Shown: piece after piece, positions 29,248-38,837 of the stretch
How the letters are laid out: every line of letters starts with the position of its first letter
How positions within the stretch are numbered: the stretch's first letter is position 1
Assembly: GCA_964621445.1 (NCBI GenBank)
Contig: CAZUNO010000003.1
Location: 124,664-188,663, forward strand
Direction: 5' to 3'
DNA from: Candidatus Hadarchaeota archaeon
GTDB taxonomy: Archaea > CAYQAE01 > CAYVLA01
Length of the DNA stretch: 64,000 nt
Notes under the pieces: generated by a model
The model's database searches: none
Seen by the model: only the letters and a program-made list of their open reading frames with translations
Told to the model about the DNA's origin: nothing
Position numbers and translations under genes: made by a program

Positions 29248-30636
29248 TTGGACTCTCTAAACTTAGCCATACGTAACCTCAACCGGCGAAAATTGCGGAC
29301 CGGTTTGATGATAGCCGTGATGGCTATTGTTTGTACTAACTTCATTCAACAGGTTAACTTCACCATTGGACTTCAGGTTACGGGAGATGTCGAGGAAGCA
29401 CAGTCGGAGTGGGAAAAGAGATCCTCTCACCTGGCCTTCTTTGATGCGGAGATATATCCACAGGGCAAGCCCGATGACAAAATCCAGAAGGTGAACCCGC
29501 GGGACCTGGCGAAGATTCCAAATGGACTTTATGAAAAGGCTTTTCTGGCATCCGATGACGTGGATGGGAAGGTGGCGAGGGAAGTTGCGTTGAATTATGT
29601 CAAGGTGGAGATAACTCAGCCCGGCGAGTTCGAGACGGTACGAATTCCTTCGGGCGATCAATATATGGAGGTGCTGGGTGTTGGTTCGCCGTATATATCC
29701 ATGTTCCTCAACAACACGCCCAGGCTGGAGCTCGCGGATTGCCCCTACTGTAATGGTGACGGGTGCGAGAAGTGCGACTTCACAGGAAAGTGGGGAGAGT
29801 ACCCGCCTCCCAGAGGAGGTGGCCTGGTAATCTCCCAGTACTACATGAACAGGGAGGACATGAATCTCACCCTGTTTTATGACAGCGAACGGGAGAAATG
29901 GGTGGGAACAAATGTAACCGCTTTCTACGATCTGGAGGGGGCAGGAGTTCAGGGGGAGTACGCCCTGTATAGCCCGGGTTATATGCCTCCTGCTGATGGT
30001 GTACAGCTTCAAATCATCGGGGTTCTTAGAACGTTCGATCCATCTTTTGGTCTGGTGGCCCTTGACGATGCCTGGACCTTGAAGGGAATGGAGGATGATA
30101 GGTTCTCAAGCTTCCTGTACGTGAGGATTCCAAGCGTTCTTGATTTCGGTGAGGTAAATCAGAAGCTATCGCCTTTCTACCCGCAGTTCAATGTCTTCGT
30201 TCTTTATCCCCAGATCAAAAATGTGCAGGCGGTTATTAACATCCTGCAGTGGGAGTTGCCCACTGTGGCAGGGCTGGTGGCCCTGTTGATCTTCCTGAAT
30301 ATGATGCAGATGTCGGTGTATGAGAGGCTGAAGGAGGTAGGAACCATGAGGGCCCTGGGTGCGGAGACCACAACCGCCATAATGATCTTCGCCTTTGAAG
30401 GTATAGCAATTGGCGGGCTTGGAGGGCTAATTGGGTACGCCGCGGCCTCGATAATAAGCCTGGCTACCAAGTTCGGAGGACTGAATCCGGACCTCAACCT
30501 GGTTGCCCAGATAGGTCCGGGCAAACTCATAATGGGTCTAGCTTTTGGCCTGATGATTGCGTTTATCGGGTCGGTATTGCCCGCCTTCTTCGCAATTGCC
30601 AAATCACCGGATGACTGCCTGAGAGGGGCTAGGTAA
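29248..30636 (+). CDS. ABC-transporter permease, FtsX/MacB family, with a Cys4 cluster in the extracytoplasmic domain
   Basis: N-terminal 'AIRNLNRRKLRTGLMIAVMAI', C-terminal FtsX-type TM bundle; 'CPYCNGDGCEKCDFTGKW' inserted in the large loop. TTG start per the track. Confidence 0.55.
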   Translation: MDSLNLAIRNLNRRKLRTGLMIAVMAIVCTNFIQQVNFTIGLQVTGDVEEAQSEWEKRSSHLAFFDAEIYPQGKPDDKIQKVNPRDLAKIPNGLYEKAFLASDDVDGKVAREVALNYVKVEITQPGEFETVRIPSGDQYMEVLGVGSPYISMFLNNTPRLELADCPYCNGDGCEKCDFTGKWGEYPPPRGGGLVISQYYMNREDMNLTLFYDSEREKWVGTNVTAFYDLEGAGVQGEYALYSPGYMPPADGVQLQIIGVLRTFDPSFGLVALDDAWTLKGMEDDRFSSFLYVRIPSVLDFGEVNQKLSPFYPQFNVFVLYPQIKNVQAVINILQWELPTVAGLVALLIFLNMMQMSVYERLKEVGTMRALGAETTTAIMIFAFEGIAIGGLGGLIGYAAASIISLATKFGGLNPDLNLVAQIGPGKLIMGLAFGLMIAFIGSVLPAFFAIAKSPDDCLRGAR

Positions 30637-30666
30637 ACGGTTTTTGGGCAGGGCTCCAGCAATCTA

Positions 30667-31050
30667 GTGTAGCCTGGATTCCTCTTCGACCTTGCGTATG
30701 ATACCGGGATCAATCCTGCCCTCTTCCAAAGGTCGGTCTTTTCTCAACAGAAAGGTGGTTACTTTAGCGTTTTCACCGGCTATGATTGCATTTACTACCT
30801 CTTTACGGTAATTTTCCCCATAGTAATCGTCGAGAGCCTGAAGGTATTTTGCTGAGGCCTCGATAACTAAACCCTCGGTTTTAGCCCTCTCCTTGTATTT
30901 GATATTGGGTAGACCGCTTGGTGACCGCTTTCTTTCGTAATCAATAAGGTATGATGGCCTGGATTTCGCATGTATCCTGGTTATCAGAAAAAGGATCTCG
31001 TTATCCGCCAGTCGACCATAGACGAAGACCTTCGTAGCCTCATCTCCTTC
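30667..31050 (-). CDS. 128-codon coding-like frame with no ATG/GTG/TTG start until its last 10 codons, in frame with the PUA gene TAG stop; possible frameshifted gene or pseudogene
   Basis: Manual translation gives a non-repetitive sequence ('YGRLADNEILFLITRIHAKSRPSYLIDYERK...'). An ATG at 31017-31019 lies in the adjacent frame, and one extra base in the A5 run at 30988-30992 would join it to this frame. Confidence 0.25.
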
Positions 31051-31545
31051 CTACTCTATCTCGGAATTCCATAGTTGGTCACCGACGTGATGAATATTCT
31101 CGGCAACCTTGCCCTTCTCCTCGGGGTCGATATCGATGGAATCTACGAGCATCTCGGCGACACATATTGGCTTGTTATGCCTTTCCTCGGTCACCACGCA
31201 CAACTCACCCTGGCTTAGCTCGTGATCCCATTGAACGATGCCCGGTGCCATGACATCGGCACCGTTAATGAGATAGGGAACGGCTCCCGAGTCAACCGTC
31301 AGATAGCTGTTGTCGATATCGATGCGGAGGAATCCCTTAAGGGTTGGAAACATGCCACCTCTGGTGGTGAACACCACAGGTTCGCGGTCGGAAAGAATTA
31401 GCTCATGCTCGTCACCAGCGGCATGTTCCAGTGGTTGACGGAGAATGGAGTCTATCGCTTCCGGGGAGAGAAAGTTTGATAATTCCTGTCTTACCTTTTC
31501 GATCTCCTTTGAGGAAATGGGGTGCCGCCTTCGAATTCTCATCAA
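31051..31545 (-). CDS. PUA-domain RNA-binding protein
   Basis: 164 aa; C-terminal PUA-like region ('ELCVVTEERHNKPICVAEMLVDS'); adjacent to translation-related genes. Confidence 0.5.
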   Translation of the reverse strand: MMRIRRRHPISSKEIEKVRQELSNFLSPEAIDSILRQPLEHAAGDEHELILSDREPVVFTTRGGMFPTLKGFLRIDIDNSYLTVDSGAVPYLINGADVMAPGIVQWDHELSQGELCVVTEERHNKPICVAEMLVDSIDIDPEEKGKVAENIHHVGDQLWNSEIE

Positions 31546-31601
31546 CCTAAACCTCCGCTCGAATAGATTTAAATATCGCTTGAGGGATCAAGCGCTGGGA
31601 C

Positions 31602-31835
31602 TTGACCATGGTTCAGAAACCAATGGATATACTTGATTCATCACTGGACCAGGTAGTGCTCATAAAGCTTAGGGGTGGCAGAGAGTTCAGGGGCCTCCTC
31701 CGCGGCTATGATGTACACATGAATATAATCCTGGACGAGGCGCAGGAGCTAGACGGACCGGATGCCCTGAACTTCGAGACCGCCATAATTAGGGGCGATA
31801 ATGTTGTATTCATATCGCCGACCGATAAGAGGTGA
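31602..31835 (+). CDS. Sm-like archaeal protein (LSm/SmAP)
   Basis: Sm1/Sm2 motifs '[32 protein letters not shown]'; 77 aa. Confidence 0.85.
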   Translation: MTMVQKPMDILDSSLDQVVLIKLRGGREFRGLLRGYDVHMNIILDEAQELDGPDALNFETAIIRGDNVVFISPTDKR

Positions 31836-31840
31836 TCAGA

Positions 31841-32008
31841 GTGACAAAGGGAACGACATCTTTTGGCAAGAGGAACAAGGTTACTCACGTTATATGTCGC
31901 AGGTGCGGCAATCATTCCTATCACGTAAGGAAGAAGAGGTGCGCTGCCTGCGGTTTTGGGCAGAGTTCAAAGAGAAGGACCTATAACTGGCATAAGTGGT
32001 CAACGTAA
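31841..32008 (+). CDS. rpl37e: 50S ribosomal protein L37e
   Basis: Not in the ORF track. GTG start 5 nt after the LSm stop gives 55 aa '[55 protein letters not shown]' with the L37e C4 zinc ribbon; LSm-L37e order is conserved in archaea. Confidence 0.85.
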   Translation: MTKGTTSFGKRNKVTHVICRRCGNHSYHVRKKRCAACGFGQSSKRRTYNWHKWST

Positions 32009-32074
32009 GGGATACGGATAACCGTCCTTGAATCCGAGAACATTTTAAAGCAAATCCAACTAGTGATCTGCGGT

Positions 32075-32198
32075 GGGCCGGTAGATCAGTCGGTAGATCG
32101 TCGTCTTGGCATGGCGTTTAACGCCCCAAGCTGGCGGAGGCCGCGGGACAGGGTCTGGGTTTCCAGGCCTTGCGCGAATTCAAATCCCGCCCGGTCCA
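32075..32198 (+). tRNA. tRNA-Ala (anticodon GGC) with two predicted introns (20 nt at 32112-32131 after position 37; 31 nt at 32148-32178 in the T-arm)
   Basis: Hand fold: acceptor GGGCCGG/CCGGTCC with G3:U70, D-arm TA-GATC-AGTCGGTA-GATC, anticodon stem TCGTC/GGCGG, T-arm GCGGG-TTCAAAT-CCCGC, discriminator A; no encoded CCA. The second intron position is non-canonical. Confidence 0.45.
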
Positions 32199-32518
32199 CT
32201 TTCGGGTTAACCCATTTAACCAATTAGGAATATAAAATAGGCCTTTTTGGATTTTTTTATGGGGAATATTGCCAATTACGGGGAAATCCGTTTCGATTTA
32301 CGTGCAAAATGTCTTATTATAGACCCGATGTCACAAAAACTTTATAAGCAGGCCCGTCCTTTACAGGAATGGGTCGCCTGAGCGGTAACTCAACCCCCTA
32401 AACCCCGAAAAGAAAGAACCCCCTATTTCCCCGAATTGTGTGTTTCTTTTCTCGCTGAGGCGGCCCCTTTGGGTAAAGACCAATAAGCCTCTAGTATACA
32501 CCATATTATCGTGGTCGA

Positions 32519-34939
32519 GTGAGGGGTCCGGAAGTCGGCATATCCAGCCTTGGCGGGGAGTGCATTTCAGTCGCGCTTCTATCCCTGGCCTCGCTTACCC
32601 TGGAGATCAGCCTTACCAGGGTTTTATCATTGGTTGCCTGGTATCATTTCGCGTTTATGGTGGTTAGCATAGCCCTTTTTGGTTATGGGGCTGCTGGAGC
32701 TGTTCTTTCCGTGTTCCCTGGGCTCAGGAAGGATGGGCGGGTCCTCATTGTCTCATCCTGGATATGTTCCATCGCCGTAGTTCTCTGCCTGGTATTCCCG
32801 GTGGTATTTCATTTCGACCCCATGCTGGCAGACACCGAGCCATTCCACCTGGTAATGATAGTTTTACAGTATCTTAGCCTTGGTATTCCCTTCTTTCTCA
32901 GCGGAATATGCCTGGCTTCCGTGATATCCAGGCATTCGGAGAGGTCCAGTATAGTCTACTTCTCAGATCTAACCGGAGCCGGGTTGGGGTGCATAGCCGC
33001 TTTGCTGCTGCTTCCACTGGGGGGACCAAAAATCCCCGTCTTCTTCGCCGCGGTGGCGGCGGCCCTTGCATCCGCCATCTTTTCATATGTCCACGGTGGA
33101 AGACGTCTTATTTTCCTGGGATTGGCTACTGGATTGGCATTGCTATTGGTGGGGGGAGTGGTAGAATACGATCCGGAGATCTCCGAGTACAAGGCCATGA
33201 GCGCGGTTTTGCGGCAGCCCGGCGCTGAAAGGGAGTGGAGTTCATGGAATGAGGTGTCGCGGGTTGACGTGCTGAATAGCAGCATGATAAGGTATGCCCC
33301 CGGCATGCCCTTCGAGAAGTACTATCCGATTCCCGAACAGCTTGGCCTTACCGTGGATGGGGACAACCTGGAACCGATAACCAGGTTTAGCGGTAATCTT
33401 TCCGATCTATCGTTCATGAGGACTTTGCCCTCCTCGGTTCCTTACCAGATGTCCTCCAGATCCAGAGTCCTGGTAATCCGGTCCGGTGCCGGTTTCGATG
33501 TGCTCAAGGCCCTGGTGAATGGGGCCGAAAGAGTTTCCGGGACCGAGAGGAATCCTGGAATTGTCGAGGTGGTTGGTAAGGAGTTCGAGCGGTTCTCGGG
33601 GGATATATACTCCCGTGAGGATGTTGACCTGGCGCGGAGGGGTGTAAGGTCATATCTAGGCGAGGTTGAGGGCAATTTTGACCTGATGGAGATATCGCTT
33701 AAACAGGACCCCGTAACCTCGGCTGTGGGGATGTACAGCCTCTCCGAGAACTACCTTTTCACCACCGAATCCTTTGGTGAGATGTTTGAGCATCTATCCC
33801 CGGAGGGAGTCCTGACCGTTACCAGGTGGCTATCCCCTCCACCAAGACAGGGGGCCAGGGTGGTGAGCCTAATGGTCGATTGCCTGGAGAGGGAGGGAGT
33901 GGATAGAGTTGGAGAGCATATCGCTTGTTTCCGTACATATCTAACGATTACTGCGATGATTAAGAAGACGCCTTTCACCGTTGCTGAGATTGATGATCTC
34001 AGGAGGATTTGTGAGGAGAGATCGTTTGACCTCGTGTATGTGCCAAATATCACCAGATCGGATGTCAATCGTTTCAACCTGTTTGATCGGCCATACTACT
34101 TCAACGCGATAAGCAAGATCGTGAACGACACTGAAAGGGAGAGCTTTCTGTCGGATTATATCTTCGATCTTTCCCCTCCCACGGATGATAGTCCCTTCTT
34201 CTTCGATTTTCTAAAGCTGGGTAGACTGGGTGATATCGCCGGGGCTCTGGGCCCGGCCTGGAATCCCTTCCTGGAGGGAGGCCTCCTGATCCTGGCGGTT
34301 TCGGCGCAGTCATTGGTTGCCTCCTTCCTGTTCATAATGGGTCCTATTTGGCTATCATCCAAGTTGGGACATGAATTGGAGATGGAGTGGAGGTGGATAT
34401 CCTACTTCCTCTGTCTGGGCGGGGGCTATATGCTGGTGGAGGTGTCCTTCTTGCAGAGATTGATACTGTTCCTGGGACAGCCATCACACGCCATGGGGGT
34501 GACTCTGTTCTGCATGTTGGTCTTTTCCGGCCTGGGTAGTCTCTGGAGCGGACGTTTTAGGCCGAGTTCCAGGCTCGTAGGGCTCTGTGTTCTAGGTATC
34601 GTGTTTATGGTCCTTGCTCACGTTTTCCTTTTCAGTTTTCTAATAGGGAATTTCATGGGGCTGGGAATATGGATGAAATCTCTGGTGGCCGTGTCAATAC
34701 TAGCCCCGGTAGCCTTCCTAATGGGAATTCCCTTTCCCACGGGATTGAGGGTTCTGGGAAAGAATTCCCCGGATTCAGTTCCCCTGGCCTACGGTTCGAA
34801 TTCATGTGCCTCGGTTGTGGCCTCGGCTGGTGCCATGGTTCTGGCCGGGTGGGGTGGGTTTTCCGGTGTTTTGCTGTTGGCTATTGTACTCTATTTGATA
34901 GGTTTCCTTTCCCTAAAAGGTGTTGGGAAAAGCGGATAA
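32519..34939 (+). CDS. polytopic membrane protein with central spermidine-synthase-like (class I MTase fold) domain
   Basis: 806 aa; multiple TM helices at both ends; central 'VLVIRSGAGFDVLKAL' nucleotide-binding-like motif. Confidence 0.45.
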   Translation: MRGPEVGISSLGGECISVALLSLASLTLEISLTRVLSLVAWYHFAFMVVSIALFGYGAAGAVLSVFPGLRKDGRVLIVSSWICSIAVVLCLVFPVVFHFDPMLADTEPFHLVMIVLQYLSLGIPFFLSGICLASVISRHSERSSIVYFSDLTGAGLGCIAALLLLPLGGPKIPVFFAAVAAALASAIFSYVHGGRRLIFLGLATGLALLLVGGVVEYDPEISEYKAMSAVLRQPGAEREWSSWNEVSRVDVLNSSMIRYAPGMPFEKYYPIPEQLGLTVDGDNLEPITRFSGNLSDLSFMRTLPSSVPYQMSSRSRVLVIRSGAGFDVLKALVNGAERVSGTERNPGIVEVVGKEFERFSGDIYSREDVDLARRGVRSYLGEVEGNFDLMEISLKQDPVTSAVGMYSLSENYLFTTESFGEMFEHLSPEGVLTVTRWLSPPPRQGARVVSLMVDCLEREGVDRVGEHIACFRTYLTITAMIKKTPFTVAEIDDLRRICEERSFDLVYVPNITRSDVNRFNLFDRPYYFNAISKIVNDTERESFLSDYIFDLSPPTDDSPFFFDFLKLGRLGDIAGALGPAWNPFLEGGLLILAVSAQSLVASFLFIMGPIWLSSKLGHELEMEWRWISYFLCLGGGYMLVEVSFLQRLILFLGQPSHAMGVTLFCMLVFSGLGSLWSGRFRPSSRLVGLCVLGIVFMVLAHVFLFSFLIGNFMGLGIWMKSLVAVSILAPVAFLMGIPFPTGLRVLGKNSPDSVPLAYGSNSCASVVASAGAMVLAGWGGFSGVLLLAIVLYLIGFLSLKGVGKSG

Positions 34940-34940
34940 C

Positions 34941-35729
34941 TCACGACTCCTTTATGTGACCGGTCATGGGCACGAAACGAACGTCAATAAGGTGGTGGAC
35001 CGTCCTCTGGCCATCCTTCCTGGTGACAAGATCCAGAGTCTGGATGCCATGGGAAGGGCCCACCGGCATTATGAGCCTTCCGCCATCCTTCAGCTGTTGG
35101 AAAAGGGGTGCCGGTATGTGGCTTCCGGCACAGGTAACGATTATGGCATCGAAGGGGGCGTACTCCTCCCAACCAAAATAACCATCACCGTTCCTAACCT
35201 CGACGTTGTCGTAGCCCAGGCGATCCAGGGTCTTTGATGCTCTTTCTGCCAGCTCGGGCACTATCTCTATGCTGTAGACCTGTTCGCATATCTCGGCCAG
35301 AACAGCCGCCTGATATCCCGAGCCGGTGCCTATCTCAAGAACTTTGCACTGGTTGGGCCTCAGCTCCAGGGCCTGGGTCATGAAGGCGACTATGTAGGGC
35401 TGGGATATGGTTTGTCCATAGCCGATAGGCAATGGGGAGTCCCGATAGGCCTGGGGCTTCCTGCCGTCGGGAACGAATTCGTGCCTGGGCACGGATTTCA
35501 TGGCCTGGAGAACGTCCTGGTCCCGGATATTCCTGGTTTCTAGCTGGGTTTCAACCATTTTTAGCCTCTCATCTGCCCGGTTATCCGAATCCTGGGGCTG
35601 GGAGTAGGACGTGTTATTAGTCGGTTCCTCCCGCGGCCGGGGGGACCAGGCAAGGAATATACCTATGGCTAATATGGTAACAATGACCAGCGCAATCGCA
35701 AGTTTCCCGTTCCAGGAAAGCCTTTTCAC
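34941..35729 (-). CDS. pcm: protein-L-isoaspartate O-methyltransferase with N-terminal membrane anchor
   Basis: 'GYGQTISQPYIVAFMTQAL', 'VLEIGTGSGYQAAVLA', 'DAIIVTCAG'. Confidence 0.85.
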   Translation of the reverse strand: MKRLSWNGKLAIALVIVTILAIGIFLAWSPRPREEPTNNTSYSQPQDSDNRADERLKMVETQLETRNIRDQDVLQAMKSVPRHEFVPDGRKPQAYRDSPLPIGYGQTISQPYIVAFMTQALELRPNQCKVLEIGTGSGYQAAVLAEICEQVYSIEIVPELAERASKTLDRLGYDNVEVRNGDGYFGWEEYAPFDAIIVTCAGSHIPAPLFQQLKDGGRLIMPVGPSHGIQTLDLVTRKDGQRTVHHLIDVRFVPMTGHIKES

Positions 35730-35833
35730 GATAATAATTGAAATCAGGGCCTGAAATGATTTTTGGAGCCGAAGGTATTTTTCGAATGATGGCGATAAGA
35801 TTTAAATCCATTTTTCGGGAGGATGAAGGTACT

Positions 35834-35933
35834 GGGCCCGTGGTCTAGCTGGTTATGACATCGCCTTGACGTACTCCTTTTCAGGCGTTCAAAAAGGCGA
35901 AGTTCTTGGGTTCAAATCCCAACGGGCCCACCA
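35834..35933 (+). tRNA. tRNA-Val (anticodon GAC) with a 23-nt canonical intron (35872-35894) and encoded CCA
   Basis: Acceptor GGGCCCG/CGGGCCC, anticodon stem TCGCC/GGCGA, loop TTGACG-intron-A, T-arm TTGGG-TTCAAAT-CCCAA, discriminator A then CCA. Confidence 0.7.
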
Positions 35934-36292
35934 TTTATTGGTGATTTCTAAGTTAGGGGTTTATCTGTGCGAGATTAGATTATGGAACCAGGGCAATTTC
36001 CACTTATTTGAAGCCTTCCCGTAATTTAGGCGGTCCGAAGTAAAATAAAGGGGGGGGCGTTCATGGAGATCTCTCAGTGCTGTTCTGACTTCATTCTTTT
36101 TCAGTATCTCTCTCGATATGCTCTAGGTAGTATTCCCACAGAACCATGCGGGTCTAGGCCATGTTTCTTAGGCACTGCCCTTGCTTCTAGATCCTTAGTT
36201 AAAATCAAATGAATTCCGAGTTCAAGTGAAAGAGAGATTGGCCTCTTCTATTTGTAACCCATACCGGGCAACTAAGATAACCGCTGATTCCC

Positions 36293-37561
36293 TTAATCTC
36301 GGGAAATTTCCTCTTCTAGACGGGTTGTACTGACTTCCTTGTAAAGCCTGCGTCGGACCATCACCGACCAGACGATGAATCCGCAACCCATGGCGGTGCC
36401 GGTCACCGCTAGCCATTCAATCACGTATACCCACATTAATGCCCGGTTCTTGAGCTCGACGGCGTCCTGTTCCACGTTCTTGATCATATTATCGGCTTCT
36501 CGGTAGGCGTCAAGGGTCCTTTCGATCTCCAGGTCCAGGTAGTATGGTGTGGCCTGGGCTATTACCGTGTTGATTTGGTCTATCTTCCGCTCAATTTTAT
36601 CCGTGTTGGCCCCGAAGGAGTCACAGAATTCAAGTAGGCCCAGCAGCAGGCTTTTTCGGGTAGCTACATCCTGCATCTGGGACCTGAGGGTGTGAACCAG
36701 GTCTATATCCTGCGGCACATCTCGGTGATCCAGGTATATCATCAGGTTGCTCCCGAAGTCAATATAGTAGGTCCAGAAGGGCTTTTTTCTACAGAAGAAA
36801 TAGATCTCACCGGTATAGGCGAATACCCTGGCCTGATTCTCCACCTCCCAGGTGACCATGGCCGGGTGATCCTTGAATTTGACGCTCTCGGCATGGGCAA
36901 GTTTCCGGGCTCCGGGCTTGAGCTTGACCAGGTTGTGGTGGAAATCGTTCATGAAGTAGGCTCTTTCTCTCTTCCAGGGCAGGCTGCTGATGAACTCGTG
37001 TTCCCTGTCATCTATGCGCAGCAGTATTCCATTTTGGGGGTATTGGACCCAGGTATCGATGACGTCCCTGGTAGGTAGCAGCTCCCCTATTTCGGTCTCT
37101 CCCCAGGCTGGCCTGCCGAAGGCTCCACCAAAGGTCTCCCAGCCGCCGAACATGACCAGCCCCATGCCGCTATCCCTCACCCCTCTGGCCAGCATCCTGA
37201 TGTAGGGCTCTACCGCGAACCGGTTGGCGTTGGAGATTACTATAACATCGAACCTCGATGCCAGATCCTTGTATGTCCTGGGCATGTATAGCCTGACAAA
37301 CCTGTATATCTCCGCGCCCTGACCGGCCTGGATGGGCCCTATCGCGCCCCAATCGCGCATAGTTGCCTGCACAAAGGAGATCGAGAACAGAGGGTCTGAT
37401 CTCATCTCCCAGAAGGGACGCGAGCGAGCCGTACAGCCCACGTAGAGAACCCCGATCCGTCCATCCTCTCTGCCCGTTACGGAAGGCGGGATGAAAAGAG
37501 CCATACATGCAAGAAGGACGAATAATGCTCGGCGGGGCAAGTATTCAGCCAAACACTCCAT
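36293..37561 (-). CDS. GATase1-like (type 1 glutamine-amidotransferase-like) domain protein with signal peptide and C-terminal TM anchor; paralog A
   Basis: Shares long conserved blocks with the ORFs at 56232 and 57580 ('GVLYVGC', 'RLYMPRT', 'DFGSNLMIYLD', 'AVELKNRALMWVYVIEWLAVTGTA'). Confidence 0.5.
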   Translation of the reverse strand: MECLAEYLPRRALFVLLACMALFIPPSVTGREDGRIGVLYVGCTARSRPFWEMRSDPLFSISFVQATMRDWGAIGPIQAGQGAEIYRFVRLYMPRTYKDLASRFDVIVISNANRFAVEPYIRMLARGVRDSGMGLVMFGGWETFGGAFGRPAWGETEIGELLPTRDVIDTWVQYPQNGILLRIDDREHEFISSLPWKRERAYFMNDFHHNLVKLKPGARKLAHAESVKFKDHPAMVTWEVENQARVFAYTGEIYFFCRKKPFWTYYIDFGSNLMIYLDHRDVPQDIDLVHTLRSQMQDVATRKSLLLGLLEFCDSFGANTDKIERKIDQINTVIAQATPYYLDLEIERTLDAYREADNMIKNVEQDAVELKNRALMWVYVIEWLAVTGTAMGCGFIVWSVMVRRRLYKEVSTTRLEEEISRD

Positions 37562-37644
37562 CTCTGGTATTTAGATATCCCTGCTTACCGATAAAGTTTT
37601 GTCCCTTACTCAGGGGGCGTAGGTTGATGGTCTCCTGATGAAAA

Positions 37645-38355
37645 TCAAATATGACGGACAAGTCCTTGTATCTCCCATACAGTGTGCATTATTTCTCTAA
37701 ATGACACAGTTGACTTTCCCCTCCTCCTAGGGGAGTGGGAGACCGGTAGCTGGGTTATGCTGAATCCCTTCTTGATGGTTCGGGCCACGAGTTCCAGGTC
37801 AAATGCGAACCTATTGCTTGTAATTTCCACTTCTTCGGGAATCTTGCGGTCGAAGATCTTCATGGAACAGTCTATGTCCTTTAGACCCTCCAGGGCGAAT
37901 AGTATTCGGCATACCGTATTGTAGCCTTTCGATATACACCGGCGGTGAAATGGTTCATCATGGCGCTGTCTGTAGCCGACCACCATATCAAATTCTGGAA
38001 GCGGCTCCAGCATCCTTTGAAATTCCCCGATATCGAACTGCAGGTCGGCGTCAGTATATGCTATGTACTTAAAACGGGACGAGGAGATGCCGGTCATTAT
38101 GGCCGCTCCATATCCCTCGTTCCTGTCATGAATGGAAATCCTGACCTGAGGGAAATCCCTTGACGCCTCCCTCATCCTTTTTCCAGTACCATCGGTACTC
38201 CCGTCGTCAACCAGGATGATTTCGTATTGGGAAAGGCCAATGCTGGAAAGGGAGCGGTCGGCACTCCTCGCCGTGTCGTAGATCAGCTGCTGTTCATTAA
38301 ATGCGGGGATAACAAATGATAGCTTCACTCTGGATGCATCCAATGAAATCCCCAT
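37645..38355 (-). CDS. GT2-family glycosyltransferase, polyprenol/dolichol-phosphate sugar synthase type
   Basis: 'FVIPAFNE', 'ILVDDGSTDGT', 'YTDADLQFD' motifs. Confidence 0.8.
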   Translation of the reverse strand: MGISLDASRVKLSFVIPAFNEQQLIYDTARSADRSLSSIGLSQYEIILVDDGSTDGTGKRMREASRDFPQVRISIHDRNEGYGAAIMTGISSSRFKYIAYTDADLQFDIGEFQRMLEPLPEFDMVVGYRQRHDEPFHRRCISKGYNTVCRILFALEGLKDIDCSMKIFDRKIPEEVEITSNRFAFDLELVARTIKKGFSITQLPVSHSPRRRGKSTVSFREIMHTVWEIQGLVRHI

Positions 38356-38467
38356 TGGTTTTCCCTGGGATTTGTACTGGGTCTGAAATATGTTAATGAG
38401 GCAGCCGTCCTTGGTGGCAAGGCTTAATATGTGATACAGGATGCTGATTATTGATAGGCGGGATTGA

Positions 38468-38833
38468 ATGGTCTGGCTTTATATCTCGATGCCTGTCTTT
38501 CTGAACGGTCTTGGTCAGTTGATGCTCAAGAAGGGAGTGGATACCATGCTTTATGGGGAGATCGGATTCCCATCCCTAGAGAAGCTGATTCCGGATATAT
38601 TGAGCAGCCCTCTGGTTCTGGCCGGCCTGGCCTGTTCCGGTATCAGCATGTTGGTCTGGCTGAAGATTCTATCCATCTCCGAGGTGAGCTATGCCTATCC
38701 CATAACCGTTAGCCTGACCTACGCTCTGGTGGTGGCTGGTTCGGGCCTGGTTCTCGGTGAGGATGTGTCCATGATGAGGATGCTAGGGATAGTGGTAATC
38801 GTCACCGGAGTGTTCATCGCGGGGATGACCTAG
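38468..38833 (+). CDS. small 4-TM membrane protein (EamA/ArnE-GtrA-like, candidate lipid-linked sugar flippase subunit)
   Basis: 121 aa, hydrophobic; divergent from the GT2 gene and directly upstream of a large membrane protein. Confidence 0.45.
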   Translation: MVWLYISMPVFLNGLGQLMLKKGVDTMLYGEIGFPSLEKLIPDILSSPLVLAGLACSGISMLVWLKILSISEVSYAYPITVSLTYALVVAGSGLVLGEDVSMMRMLGIVVIVTGVFIAGMT

Positions 38834-38837
38834 GGCT

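Noticed and set aside
30204-30713. 169-aa minus-strand ORF overlapping the 3' half of the ABC permease gene
   Set aside because: Antisense to a well-supported membrane-protein frame; translation lacks motifs.
31801-31986. 61-aa track ORF '[17 protein letters not shown]...'
   Set aside because: A different frame across the same bases encodes a canonical L37e ribosomal protein; the track ORF is an overlapping shadow frame.
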